Assembly (NCBI GenBank): GCA_032718475.1
Contig: JAUCBJ010001607.1
Coordinates: forward strand, 1-63,524
DNA: 63,524 bases
Direction of reading: 5' to 3'
DNA from: Nemertoderma westbladi
Taxonomy: Eukaryota; Animalia; Xenacoelomorpha
Shown piece by piece: positions 1 to 10,572 of this stretch; positions within the stretch are counted from its first letter, which is position 1; the number at the start of each line of letters is the position of its first letter. The translations under genes were made by a program, and so were the position numbers. A model generated the notes under the pieces. The model made no database searches. It was not told where the DNA came from and worked only from the letters and a program-made list of their open reading frames with translations.

Positions 1-356
1 GATTGATAAAGAGTTTTTAGTATAAGATGTCGAATATAATAACAATAATCTTATAGTATATTTAATATATAAACAGAGCTATTCCTACAGTATAAGTATA
101 CATATTGGCAATATTATTGAAAGTTTTACGACAACAAAAAAACAACAACAATAACAATGAATATCAAAAGAGTAAATGGTAAAGAGTAAACCTCAATAGA
201 TAAATCAGCTGTTAATTAATGTAACAATGTGACAAATATAATACTTCAAAGTAAGCCTATGTATAATGGTAAATTGCCAACTAATAATCATGATAATATA
301 ATGTTTAGAAAAACTATGGGAAGAATGTTAATAAAAGCTAATATAAATCTCCAACA
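1..356 (-). repeat. 3' LTR (partial, 17 bp outside window)
   Basis: Base-for-base match to 6571-6926; ends CCAACA on + strand. Confidence 0.95.
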
Positions 357-368
357 TCTCCCCACCAT
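357..368 (-). other. Polypurine tract
   Basis: Minus strand reads ATGGTGGGGAGA immediately before the TGTTGG start of the 3' LTR. Confidence 0.8.
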
Positions 369-556
369 GAATATGTAATATTCATACATGAGTTTGATAA
401 TAAGCTAAAATAATTATATTCCACTATGTAATGGTATTTTATAATTATGCTGTATAAACTATTAAATATATCAATCAATATTAATAACAAACATGTCTAA
501 GTAGGTAGTGCATTTGGTTCTGAGTTCAACATTTTTAGTACTAATCCACCTGTTTT

Positions 557-3500
557 TTATGATTGAACTTCAAGTGGATATAGTAAACTTATTGGTCGCT
601 GTATAATATGGTTTCCGACCTTTTTTAGTCCTACTGTGACATCAGCTGCACGGACACGCTCATCTCGGCCATGGATAAGTTTTGCTATCCGACCAAACTT
701 CCAGAAAGCACGAGGTTTATGAGCTTGATGTATAATCACAAGATCTCCAATCTTGATATTGGATTTGTTGTCTTTAGTGTTAGTCCAATGTTGACTTTTC
801 ATGAAACAAAGATAGTCATCTAACCAAGATTTCCAAAATTGAGCTATCAAACTCTTCCGTAGTTTGTAAGATTGTCTAAGACTGTTTTGAGTTGCTCTCA
901 ATTGTTCAGATACTTCAGTCTCATCAGGTAATGAACCTAGGCGACGGCCACAAAGAAGATGATTTGGAGTTAATATGTCAACGTTATCTTCAGTGTCGAC
1001 ATAGGTAAGTGGTCTTGAATTGAGAACTCCTTCGACTTCTACGAGGATTGTTCTCAGAGCATCAGATGACAATATGGCACGTCCAATGACTTTGCGGAGA
1101 CATTTCTTGGTTGACTGAACAAGCCTTTCCCACAGGCCTCCCCACCATGGGGCTAAAGCCACATTAAATTGCCAAGTTATTCTATTTTGGCAACAATATG
1201 TTATGACTTCAGGTGATTTCACGATTTGTTTATAGAGTTTCTTTAATTCTCGCGATGCTCTTTTAAACGTGGCACCATTGTCAGACAAGATGCGAATTGG
1301 GACTCCTCTTCGAGCTATGAATTGCCTCAACGAATTTATGAATGTTTCACTTGTGAGATCGTTAAGTAAATCCAGATGAATTGCTCTTGTGCTGGGGCAT
1401 GTATAAAGGCAAATGTAAACCTTCAACATACTGTCAGTAGACACTTCTGACTTTACATAAAGTGGACCAGCCATGTCAATTCCAACATTGGCGAATGGAT
1501 AGGACTGATCAACACGAAATGGAGGAAGGGGTGGAGCTTGAGGTAGTCTGTAAGGGTATCCTTGTATCCTTCTACAAGGTACGCAGCGATGCAAAATTGA
1601 CTTAACACGTTGTCTACCCTGTGGTATCCAGAAACGTGTCCGTAGTTGTATTAGAGTATCTTGAACACCACTATGAATAACTTGATTGTGAGCATCACTG
1701 ATGATTAATGAGCTAAGGTGTGAATTTTTGGGCAAAATAATAGGAAATATCTGATCATATTTCAATTGAGCATTTTGAAGACGAGTTTCATACCGCAGAA
1801 TATCATCTTTATCCAAGAATAACTTTAGACTATTTAGAAGAGATGGACATTTCCCTTCTTTTGATTTCATGTAGATTAGTTCAGTCTTAAATTCGATAGA
1901 TTGCGTTTCTCGAATCCAAAGTTTCTCGGAAGATCGAATTTCAGATGTGGTTATTGGGCCATATGTTTCTTTAGTATTACCTTTAATCTTTGACTTCAAA
2001 TTATTAATGAATCGAATTACATAGCATGTACAGCGAAGTAGTTTCATGTAAGAGTTGAACTTCTCTGAATTTATCACTGAATTAATTGATGGTTTTGTTG
2101 GTTCTATAATGTCGTTTGTTGCAATAACTAGTGTTGTTTGAAGTAGATGTTGTTCTTGTATTTCTATCTTATTAGTGGAAGGCCATTCAGAAGCTGGGTT
2201 TAGTATCCATGATGGGCCATACCACCACATACTACAATCACGAAATTTTTCATGTGAAATTGGACGAGTTGCCACATCTGCTGGATTACTAGTTCCAGGA
2301 ACATGATTCCAAATATTTGGTTGAGTTAAGGATCGGATTTCGCGGACCTTATTTTCGATAAATGGTTTGAACTCCTTGGTTGTATTGCGAATCCAACAAA
2401 TTACATTTTGAGAGTCAGACCAACAAAAAAACTTAGGCGTGAGTTTGAATGGTAGCAAAGAATCAAGAACTGTGTTTAGCAAGCGAGCTGCCAAAACTGC
2501 AGCCAATAGTTCTAGACGGGGCATTGATGGGGGCTTAGATGAAGACTTCGATGAAGATTGTTCCTTCAAAGGTGCGACACGAGACTTTGCAACCACTAGT
2601 GTAGATTGGGGGGTTTGATTTGGTTTCCGCAGACACAAGTAAATACATGCTGCATATGCCTTTTTAGATGCATCCCCGAATGCATGTAACTCTCCATACT
2701 CTACTAAATGAGAAACAAATGCATTTGAATCTGGAAAGTAAATCCTTGGAATGGTAATATCATTTAATGATGCAAGGTTATAAATGAAAGATTTCCACCT
2801 TTTGTTTAAATCTGGTGACAATACACTGTCCCAGTTGAATCCAATAAGTTCTTGAAATAATACCTTTAACTGGGTGACAATAGGACTAAAAAAACCCATT
2901 GGATCAAAGATGCGGCCAGTTATCTTGAGTATACTACGTTTAGTAGGTGGGAGTGTGTCAATTAACTGAAGGATATTTCTAAATGAGTATTTGAAATCAT
3001 CTTGCATTGGTGACCACTCAATGCCTAATACCTTTATGTAGCTATTGTCAGTGTTCATTTGATTGAGTGTAAACGAATGGGAGGAAAGTGAATTTGTTGG
3101 GACTTGAGGTGGCTTGTAGATGCTATCAATCGATTGTTCACACTCATGTATAATGTGTTTTGCTGGGAGAGAATTTGATTCCCAGGACCTAAGATTAAAT
3201 CCACCTCTCAAGAGCATAGTCTTTGTATAATAATACAATGATAATATTTCGTTGACTGTGTCTGCCCCTGTTTGCAAGTTGTCGACATACAAATCATTGC
3301 GTAGTACATTGATTGCAGTACTAGTAGCATCATTGACATGTGGTGATTTGTTTTCCTCAGATAAATGATGACTAACAGTACCATGTAATAAGAAAGGGGA
3401 TGGGTTTAATCCAAATGGAACTCTGCACCACCGATAAACCTTGACAGTATCATTGGCTTGATCTAAAGGATTCTGCATCCATAAAAACCTTAAAGCATCA

Positions 3501-5479
3501 CGATGTTCAGAGTTTACTGAAACCATAAGAAAAGCTTTTTCAATATCTGCCAACAACACATACTGATACAAGCGAAAGCGAATCATAATCGAAACAATAT
3601 TTGATACCAGAGAAGGGCCAGTATACAATGTGTCATTGAGTGATAAATCTTGCTTTGAGTCTCTGGCACTACCATCAAATACTATTCGCAGCTTTGTTGT
3701 GTTGTGATCTTCCCTGATAACACAATGATGAGGGATATAATGAGTGATGCCACATGATTCACTTGGGTCATTAACTTCTTCAATAAAACCGCGTTTACAG
3801 TAGTCACTCATAACTTCACTGTAACGATGATAAAGTGTGGGGTTGCGTAAGAAACGTTTAACCAATGATTGGAGACGTCCAAGTGAAAGTGAGTAATGAT
3901 TTTGAAGTGGCGCTACATTATCTTTCCATGGCAAGTTTACTGAGTATCGCCCATTTTCAAACATGATTTCCTTACAAAAATTGTTATGAACATGATCAGG
4001 AGTTGAAACTCCAGCTGATTCCAATTCCCAAAATGTCTTGAAAATCTTTGTTAATTCTCTTGTACAATCACAGGTATCATTGCTAGCAACTAAGGCTGTA
4101 TTTTCTGTCGACATATTTTCGGATTCTTCTATTGGTCCTGTTAACAACCAACCAAAGACAGATTTTGTAGCAACAGGCTGATCACTTAGATGCCCCTTGC
4201 GGACATTTCCAGCCTCAACAAGATTGTTGTACAAATCTGCCCCAATAAGAACACCAATCTCTTTATGCGAACTGCGAAAGTCATCTGCAAGGTTTAGGTT
4301 GCGAAGATGACTGTATTGTTGTGTTTGGCACTCCTGCGGACCAAATGGAAGGCAAATAAATGGAACAGCTGTGGCCTCTACCACAATATTTGCTGTCCCT
4401 TTTATTAAATTGAACTTAACTAAATTGCATTCAATTCTTTTCGGCATCCTTGACAAAAATGAACTAACGTGAATGAAACCCTTTCCAACTACTTCAAGAT
4501 CAAGTTCGTTGCAGACTTTATCTGTAATATAACTTCGATGTGACCCTTTATCAAATAGAACACGAACATGAAGCTCCCTTTTATTCTTGGGATTGTAACA
4601 TTTAAGTGTTGCTGTTTCCAATAAAATTGAAACAGTTGTTTGAGTGGCGTGCTCTTGTTCATTGAACATATGTGATTGTCGAGTTATCGACGTTTGTGTT
4701 GTCTCACAAACTACCATATTGACAACACCTTGACTAGGGTGGGCAATTGCCCTTGAATTTATTTGTGAGACTTGTGATTGTGGTTGAGCACTTAATGATG
4801 CCGAATTGTGATTCAACTGCATTGCTGTGTCCGACATTCCAGTTGTCGAACTCGAATTGCTATGGACAATGGCAGCATTACTGACTGACTTGCCATTGTT
4901 TGCCGTGTAACAAATGCTTGAATGATGCCCTTTGCGTTTGCAACTGAAACACTGTTTATCTGCCTTGGGACAATTTGGTTTGAAATGGTTTTTGGATAAA
5001 CAAATGAAACAACATTTTTCACTAGTGAGTTTTTCTCGCCTAGATTTGACATCTCTTATTGAATTGCATGATGAAGAATAATGATTGCCATTGCAAAATA
5101 TGCAACTTATTTTGGGCTTTATAGCAACAAGTGCAGCAGTTGTTGGAACCATAGAAGAAACAGATGTGGATTTCCGTTGCTTAAAATTATCGTAAGTAGT
5201 ATTGCTTGCCAGTTTGTGTTGAGCATGAGTCTTCAATTCTAACTCACACAGTGTCCTAGTTTGTAATTCTGTCTGCATGTACTCTAGAAGCCGCTCAATG
5301 CCGATTGTATTGAAGTTTGGTTTCTTTCGCATTATCAACCTGAATTCTATTGGAAGTTTACTCATTACAACAGGTTTGAGCAAGACTTCATAGCTAGTTG
5401 GGTTCACATTAAGTGATTCCAATTGTCTAATGGTGGACTTATATTTGTCATGCAGTAATTGTACTTCTTTCATGTTCAT
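557..5479 (-). CDS. BEL/Pao gag-pol polyprotein (C-terminal gag, protease, RT, RNase H, integrase)
   Basis: Zinc knuckles CIFCNGNHYSSSC, CFICLSKNHFKPNC and CFSCKRKGHHSSIC; protease VLFDKGS; RT DIEKAF...PFG...YVDN; RNase H FGDAS/WSDS/NPAD; integrase HHCC, GIDMAGP, SDNGATF, WGGLWER. Confidence 0.95.
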   Translation of the reverse strand: MNMKEVQLLHDKYKSTIRQLESLNVNPTSYEVLLKPVVMSKLPIEFRLIMRKKPNFNTIGIERLLEYMQTELQTRTLCELELKTHAQHKLASNTTYDNFKQRKSTSVSSMVPTTAALVAIKPKISCIFCNGNHYSSSCNSIRDVKSRREKLTSEKCCFICLSKNHFKPNCPKADKQCFSCKRKGHHSSICYTANNGKSVSNAAIVHSNSSSTTGMSDTAMQLNHNSASLSAQPQSQVSQINSRAIAHPSQGVVNMVVCETTQTSITRQSHMFNEQEHATQTTVSILLETATLKCYNPKNKRELHVRVLFDKGSHRSYITDKVCNELDLEVVGKGFIHVSSFLSRMPKRIECNLVKFNLIKGTANIVVEATAVPFICLPFGPQECQTQQYSHLRNLNLADDFRSSHKEIGVLIGADLYNNLVEAGNVRKGHLSDQPVATKSVFGWLLTGPIEESENMSTENTALVASNDTCDCTRELTKIFKTFWELESAGVSTPDHVHNNFCKEIMFENGRYSVNLPWKDNVAPLQNHYSLSLGRLQSLVKRFLRNPTLYHRYSEVMSDYCKRGFIEEVNDPSESCGITHYIPHHCVIREDHNTTKLRIVFDGSARDSKQDLSLNDTLYTGPSLVSNIVSIMIRFRLYQYVLLADIEKAFLMVSVNSEHRDALRFLWMQNPLDQANDTVKVYRWCRVPFGLNPSPFLLHGTVSHHLSEENKSPHVNDATSTAINVLRNDLYVDNLQTGADTVNEILSLYYYTKTMLLRGGFNLRSWESNSLPAKHIIHECEQSIDSIYKPPQVPTNSLSSHSFTLNQMNTDNSYIKVLGIEWSPMQDDFKYSFRNILQLIDTLPPTKRSILKITGRIFDPMGFFSPIVTQLKVLFQELIGFNWDSVLSPDLNKRWKSFIYNLASLNDITIPRIYFPDSNAFVSHLVEYGELHAFGDASKKAYAACIYLCLRKPNQTPQSTLVVAKSRVAPLKEQSSSKSSSKPPSMPRLELLAAVLAARLLNTVLDSLLPFKLTPKFFCWSDSQNVICWIRNTTKEFKPFIENKVREIRSLTQPNIWNHVPGTSNPADVATRPISHEKFRDCSMWWYGPSWILNPASEWPSTNKIEIQEQHLLQTTLVIATNDIIEPTKPSINSVINSEKFNSYMKLLRCTCYVIRFINNLKSKIKGNTKETYGPITTSEIRSSEKLWIRETQSIEFKTELIYMKSKEGKCPSLLNSLKLFLDKDDILRYETRLQNAQLKYDQIFPIILPKNSHLSSLIISDAHNQVIHSGVQDTLIQLRTRFWIPQGRQRVKSILHRCVPCRRIQGYPYRLPQAPPLPPFRVDQSYPFANVGIDMAGPLYVKSEVSTDSMLKVYICLYTCPSTRAIHLDLLNDLTSETFINSLRQFIARRGVPIRILSDNGATFKRASRELKKLYKQIVKSPEVITYCCQNRITWQFNVALAPWWGGLWERLVQSTKKCLRKVIGRAILSSDALRTILVEVEGVLNSRPLTYVDTEDNVDILTPNHLLCGRRLGSLPDETEVSEQLRATQNSLRQSYKLRKSLIAQFWKSWLDDYLCFMKSQHWTNTKDNKSNIKIGDLVIIHQAHKPRAFWKFGRIAKLIHGRDERVRAADVTVGLKKVGNHIIQRPISLLYPLEVQS

Positions 5480-5499
5480 TGTGGAGACTGGCTGATAAG

Positions 5500-6144
5500 T
5501 TAAAATATTTCCATGAGTTTGTAAGAAATTGCTTCTGCATTACCAAAACGTGATTCTAAAATGTCCCATACGTGCGAATAATTTGCTGCGTTCAAAGGAA
5601 TCCCAGCAATAGACTCTTTGGCTGCGCCATGAAGTTGTCCTAACAAAATTACAAATTTATCAACGCTGGAAATTTTGGGATTATTGTGAACGGAACTCTG
5701 AAATGTATCACGAAATTCTATCCATTGCAATAGATCACCTGAGAATTTTGGTAATGTGACGGTTGATAGTGTTGTGTGTGCCCGGAATTGTGATGAATCT
5801 AATGGGTTATAATGACTACTATCAAGAGATTGTGATGATATATTTACTGCCGTTGTAGATTTAATGGACTCAAGAAATTTTTCTATCTTTTTTATTGCGT
5901 GACTTCCCTCATATTGACGGCTTTCACATTCTATAACATCCTTTTCAATAGTATCTGGTGAAATATAACTTTGATAATCCTCATCCTTTTCCTTTAACCA
6001 ATTTAAAACATCAAAAATGTTATCACGCAACACCTCTAGTTCTATAGGATCCTTCTCAGTCACTAACAATAGTGTATTAGTTTGTGAAATTAATCTAGTT
6101 AAATATCCCCGTTTCCCTGCACGTTGTGACTTTAATTGCTCCAT
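5500..6144 (-). CDS. BEL/Pao gag N-terminal part (DUF1759-like), frameshifted from the downstream ORF
   Basis: LPKFSGDLLQWIEFRDTF...K..L...L.G.A...RFGN motif of BEL gag; joins 557-5479 if one T is added to the TTTT run near 5502-5505. Confidence 0.9.
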   Translation of the reverse strand: MEQLKSQRAGKRGYLTRLISQTNTLLLVTEKDPIELEVLRDNIFDVLNWLKEKDEDYQSYISPDTIEKDVIECESRQYEGSHAIKKIEKFLESIKSTTAVNISSQSLDSSHYNPLDSSQFRAHTTLSTVTLPKFSGDLLQWIEFRDTFQSSVHNNPKISSVDKFVILLGQLHGAAKESIAGIPLNAANYSHVWDILESRFGNAEAISYKLMEIF

Positions 6145-6533
6145 ACAGTATTTATATTTTGTTGATCCAATAATTTGATTTTGAGAAAATTTGATTTTAG
6201 GCTACGAATTTAAATCCCTATACAAATATTGTAACTATAAATTGTGCAATTAATCAATACTGTCAAATATTAAACACGATATCAAATAAATACAGTATTT
6301 ATATAAGATACAAGAAAATGATCAGTTAAATCTTGTTACAATAATAGTTACTTTGGTTCGATCTTACCGCAATGTCCGAGGTAATTTGAGTTCAACTGAA
6401 GGCGATAACAATACAGATGCTGCTTCTTGAGTGAATTGATCAAAGCGAGTTATTGTGTAAATGTTCACAACTTGAAGAAATCAACATCGAAACATTGTTG
6501 TCTCGTTGAATGAAATACCGTAGTATAGTCTGT

Positions 6534-6551
6534 TTCTCTCTGAAGGCTCCA
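6534..6551 (-). other. Primer-binding site (possibly tRNA-Thr)
   Basis: Minus strand TGGAGCCTTCAGAGAGAA starts 2 nt inside the 5' LTR boundary; its complement ends ...TGAAGGC-T-CCA like a tRNA 3' end. Confidence 0.7.
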
Positions 6552-6553
6552 CT

Positions 6554-6926
6554 TGTTGGGGTTCCCGAAAGATTGATAAAGAGTTTTTAGTATAAGATGT
6601 CGAATATAATAACAATAATCTTATAGTATATTTAATATATAAACAGAGCTATTCCTACAGTATAAGTATACATATTGGCAATATTATTGAAAGTTTTACG
6701 ACAACAAAAAAACAACAACAATAACAATGAATATCAAAAGAGTAAATGGTAAAGAGTAAACCTCAATAGATAAATCAGCTGTTAATTAATGTAACAATGT
6801 GACAAATATAATACTTCAAAGTAAGCCTATGTATAATGGTAAATTGCCAACTAATAATCATGATAATATAATGTTTAGAAAAACTATGGGAAGAATGTTA
6901 ATAAAAGCTAATATAAATCTCCAACA
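6554..6926 (-). repeat. 5' LTR, 373 bp
   Basis: TGTTGG...CCAACA inverted termini; identical to the other LTR over the visible 356 bp. Confidence 0.95.
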
Positions 6927-7340
6927 GTTAGTATGCGTTCTAACCGAGTAGTACGACTTATTCTTTCGAGGGGATTTACCTCACAGCACTGGAAGCCCCT
7001 ACGTTCCTAACTAGTACTTTATCGGACATACGCTCTACACACACTACAATCTCTTCAGACTTAACAACAGTCAGACAACAGTCCAGCCTACAAATTATCT
7101 GTACAATCTGAGCAGGCTTACACGTCTTCTGCTCAATATTAGCCTACAAATAAATAAAACTGACAGAAATAAGTAAACCATACAAAGGAATAAGGGGTGA
7201 TCAATCCCTAATCCCCTAACAGCCTACAATATACAATATATCACAATCGAAATAATACTGCTGTACCTGTACTGCTGTAAGTACCGGTTCGGGTGGTTAG
7301 GTAGTTAGGCCTACTAGGTACCGGAGACCGGTACTTCAGC

Positions 7341-7520
7341 TTTATTGCCTACTGCAATACAGAAGCAATAACCGTTATTGTTCTTACCAGAACAATATTA
7401 AACTGCATTTATTGCCTACACTGCAATCTGAAATCAATATCTGTTATTGTTCTTACCAGAACAATATTAAACTGTATTTATTGCCTACACTGCAATCAGA
7501 CGATCATAACTGTTATTGTT
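7341..7520. repeat. Tandem repeat of about 67-69 bp, about 2.6 copies, with internal hairpin
   Basis: TTTATTGCCT recurs at 7341, 7408 and 7477; the first two units contain TATTGTTCT-tacc-AGAACAATA. Confidence 0.8.
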
Positions 7521-7639
7521 CGCGCTTTCAGACTTTTAGCAGTTTAACCTGCCAAATTTGGATGTCTTCTAGATTATAAATCGACTTTAGCCTATGACGA
7601 GTATTTGATACACTACATTAGCCGAAGCCAGTCTATGCG

Positions 7640-8070
7640 CGACCATTCACCCGCTGGATATACCCGGGAGACTGGATTCGGGAGCTTTGACCTTATTGCG
7701 GTGTAGGCCTACTGTATTATTCGACTGATAGTTAATATATAATTTCTGACAAATATTATTCACTTTCGGGAAATATTAACAGTTCCTTTAGGACGTGGCG
7801 CTCTAAATATGTAAACAGAGTTATTTATGACTTATACTAGACACAACGGGATGGCTATGGATTCACCTATAAAGCGCATTCTTTAGGAGATGCTTTGTTA
7901 TCAGTCACAATCATGCACACTACCGCACAATGCTGCACACCGATCTGCCGACCTTCACTAATTTTAGTCACATATAAAGAGAACAACAACCGACTCATGT
8001 AGTGCCTATGAAATAGCATTAGATTCACTCCAAAACCACTTTAATGTAAGTCGCAATTGTTATATGTAAC
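7640..8070 (+). pseudogene. Degenerate Ty3/Gypsy-like gag fragment
   Basis: The frame ending at about 8070 reads SAYEIALDSLQNHFNVSRN, resembling the gag motif YxxAxxxLxxHFxxxxN; upstream is broken by stops and frameshifts. Confidence 0.35.
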
Positions 8071-8936
8071 CGGTCTCTCTAACCTTCAGTATATCAAGAA
8101 GATTGGGGTTTCTGATTATTGATCGATATTATCCAAATATAACAATATTCCATCAACTGATATAATGAATAACCGACAGTAAATAGCAGTAAAAATGCGG
8201 TGTTTGTAGTTGACAATATGATTAGGTGAGATAACAGATATACGTTTTTATGACCAAAGCCTACTAATGTTTGGCTAAAGCCTGAAAACACAGAGGTTCC
8301 AAAGCCGGTCTTCTGGCTGTGGACCAAATACACATACTGACTCAATTCATGAGTTTCTGTATACAACCTCCAACACAGAGTCAAAAAACGCTCTGATTGG
8401 CCGACCGAACAAAGAGAGAACAAAGAACAAAGAAATGTTCCACGTGGACATATCAGCTGTTAGATGTCGTCATGGTAACTACACTGTGTCAAGAGGATTT
8501 TAGCGTATTGCGACATAAAATTGCTAGTTATGTCCGCTAAAGTACACATACAGAAGAAATGGCTTTTTATGTCCACTAAAACACCGGTACAGTAAGGAAA
8601 CGGCTTTTTATGTCCGTTAAACCAACTACAGAGTACTTTGCGGGGAAAATAACCAGCTAATTCCGCAAAAGCTTTTACATTATGAAAGTATTTATATCAC
8701 ATTTAATTTAATTATTTACGATACATTAACATTATCCCGGTGGTTTAACAGTAGAAATGTAATATTTCATATTATAATATATTTATATTTAAAAATATAA
8801 CCAAGCCGCATGGGGCCCATAGTAACAACGAGAAAAACAAATAGCACTGTCCACAAAATACACAATATAAGATAATAAAAGAAGTATTACAAAAGGTATT
8901 AAAGGTATTCACCGAACCCTCTGCCACAAATACGGG

Positions 8937-9295
8937 ACTTTGAGCCCCGAATAGACGGGGTGGCTGGAATAAACGGGGTGGGTGGAGAAATTTCATTATG
9001 CTAATAGTCGGGGTGGCTGGAATAGACGTGGTGGGTGGAAAATTTAACATACTTACTTAACATACAGTACTGTATAGGCGTACAGGTACAGTAGTACAGT
9101 GGTATACTCGGTACACGATTTTGGTTTTCTTTCACTTTCAACTCTCAATTATTATGAGAACAAACGTTTATTTACTCAGAATAAAAAATGTACTAAATTT
9201 TGTAGAAAAAAATATTAGAGAAACGATGATTGTGGGTGGATTTTTTTTCAAAAATTAATAGCCGTGTCGCCCCGTCTATTCGGGACTCCAGAGTA
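8937..9295. mobile_element. Short non-autonomous TIR element (MITE)
   Basis: Left CCCGAATAGACGGGG is inverted against right CCCCGTCTATTCGGG-ACTCCAGAG-TA; internal repeats of AATAGAC/AATAAAC-GGGGTGG. Confidence 0.7.
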
Positions 9296-9684
9296 AGAAC
9301 GTAGGATTAAATCTGAATATGCGAGATACGGGTTTATTTATAGTGTACACATACATGCAAAGTGACAAAACATTGGCAACCTTAGGCTACCAAAAGAAAG
9401 TTCTTCACCGGTCAACCTCGGGATATTAAACAGAAAAGGCGAGCACAGCTATTGTACTCAACCCCAATCTTATCGTAGGTACTGTAATCGAGGCTGTTAC
9501 AGTATGGTATAGGGCCTACACCCTACAGTATGCACGAAAAAGATATATTTTACCTTGGACAGATGCGTGGCTAAACTTTCTAGCCAATACGAGAAGCCCC
9601 AGATAGGGCTCGTTAAACTTATCAACGATTTCTACATTGGAGGTATATAAATCTCGCCGAAAAGGTGAGAGCATACGAATTAGG

Positions 9685-10572
9685 AATGAAGTAGGCCTAC
9701 AACCATTTAGTTAATGAAGTAGGCCTACAAACATTTAGTTAATGAAGTAGGCCTACAAACATTTAGTTAATGAAGTAGGCCAGCAAACATTTAGTTAATG
9801 AATTAGGCCTACAAACATTTAGTCAATGAAGTAGGCCTACAAACATTTAGTTAATGAAGTAGGCCTACAAACATTTAGTTAATGAAGTAGGCCTACAAAC
9901 ATTTAGTTAATGAAGTAGGCCTACAAACATTTAGTTAATGAAGTAGGCCTACAAACATTTAGTTAATGAAGTAGGCCTACAAACATTTAGTTAATGAAGT
10001 AGGCCTACAAACATTTAGTTAATGAAGTAGGCCTACAAACATTTAGTTAATGAAGTAGGCCTACAAACATTTAGTTAATGAAGTAGGCCTACAAACATTT
10101 AGTTAATGAAGTAGGCCTACAAACATTTAGTTAATGAAGTAGGCCTACAAACATTTAGTTAATGAAGTAGGCCTACAAACATTTAGTTAATGAAGTAGGC
10201 CTACAAACATTTAGTTAATGAAGTAGGCCTACAAACATTTAGTTAATGAAGTAGGCCTACAAACATTTAGTTAATGAAGTAGACCTGCAAACATTTAGTT
10301 AATGCTACAAACATTTAGTTAATGAAGTAGGCCTACAAACATTTAGTTAATGAAGTAGGCTTACAAACATTTAGTTAATGAAGTAGGCCTACAAACATTT
10401 AGTTAATGAAGTAGGCCTACAAACATTTAGTTAATGAAGTAGGCCTACAAACATTTAGTTAATGAAGTAGGCCTACAAACATTTAGTTAATGAAGTAGGC
10501 CTACAAACATTTAGTTAATGAAGTAGGCCTACAAACATTTAGTTAATGAAGTAGGCCTACAAACATTTAGTT
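9685..10572. repeat. 28-bp minisatellite (AATGAAGTAGGCCTACAAACATTTAGTT), about 32 copies
   Basis: Period 28 read directly; very homogeneous; each unit contains the palindrome GTAGGCCTAC. Confidence 0.97.

Larger units (their letters stand above)
1..6926 (-). mobile_element. BEL/Pao LTR retrotransposon, near full length (3' LTR cut by window edge)
   Basis: Direct repeats 1-356 and 6571-6926 are identical. The complete LTR 6554-6926 has TGTTGG...CCAACA termini. PBS and PPT are adjacent to the LTRs. Polyprotein order is gag(3xCCHC)-PR-RT(YVDN)-RH-IN, typical of BEL/Pao. Confidence 0.96.
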
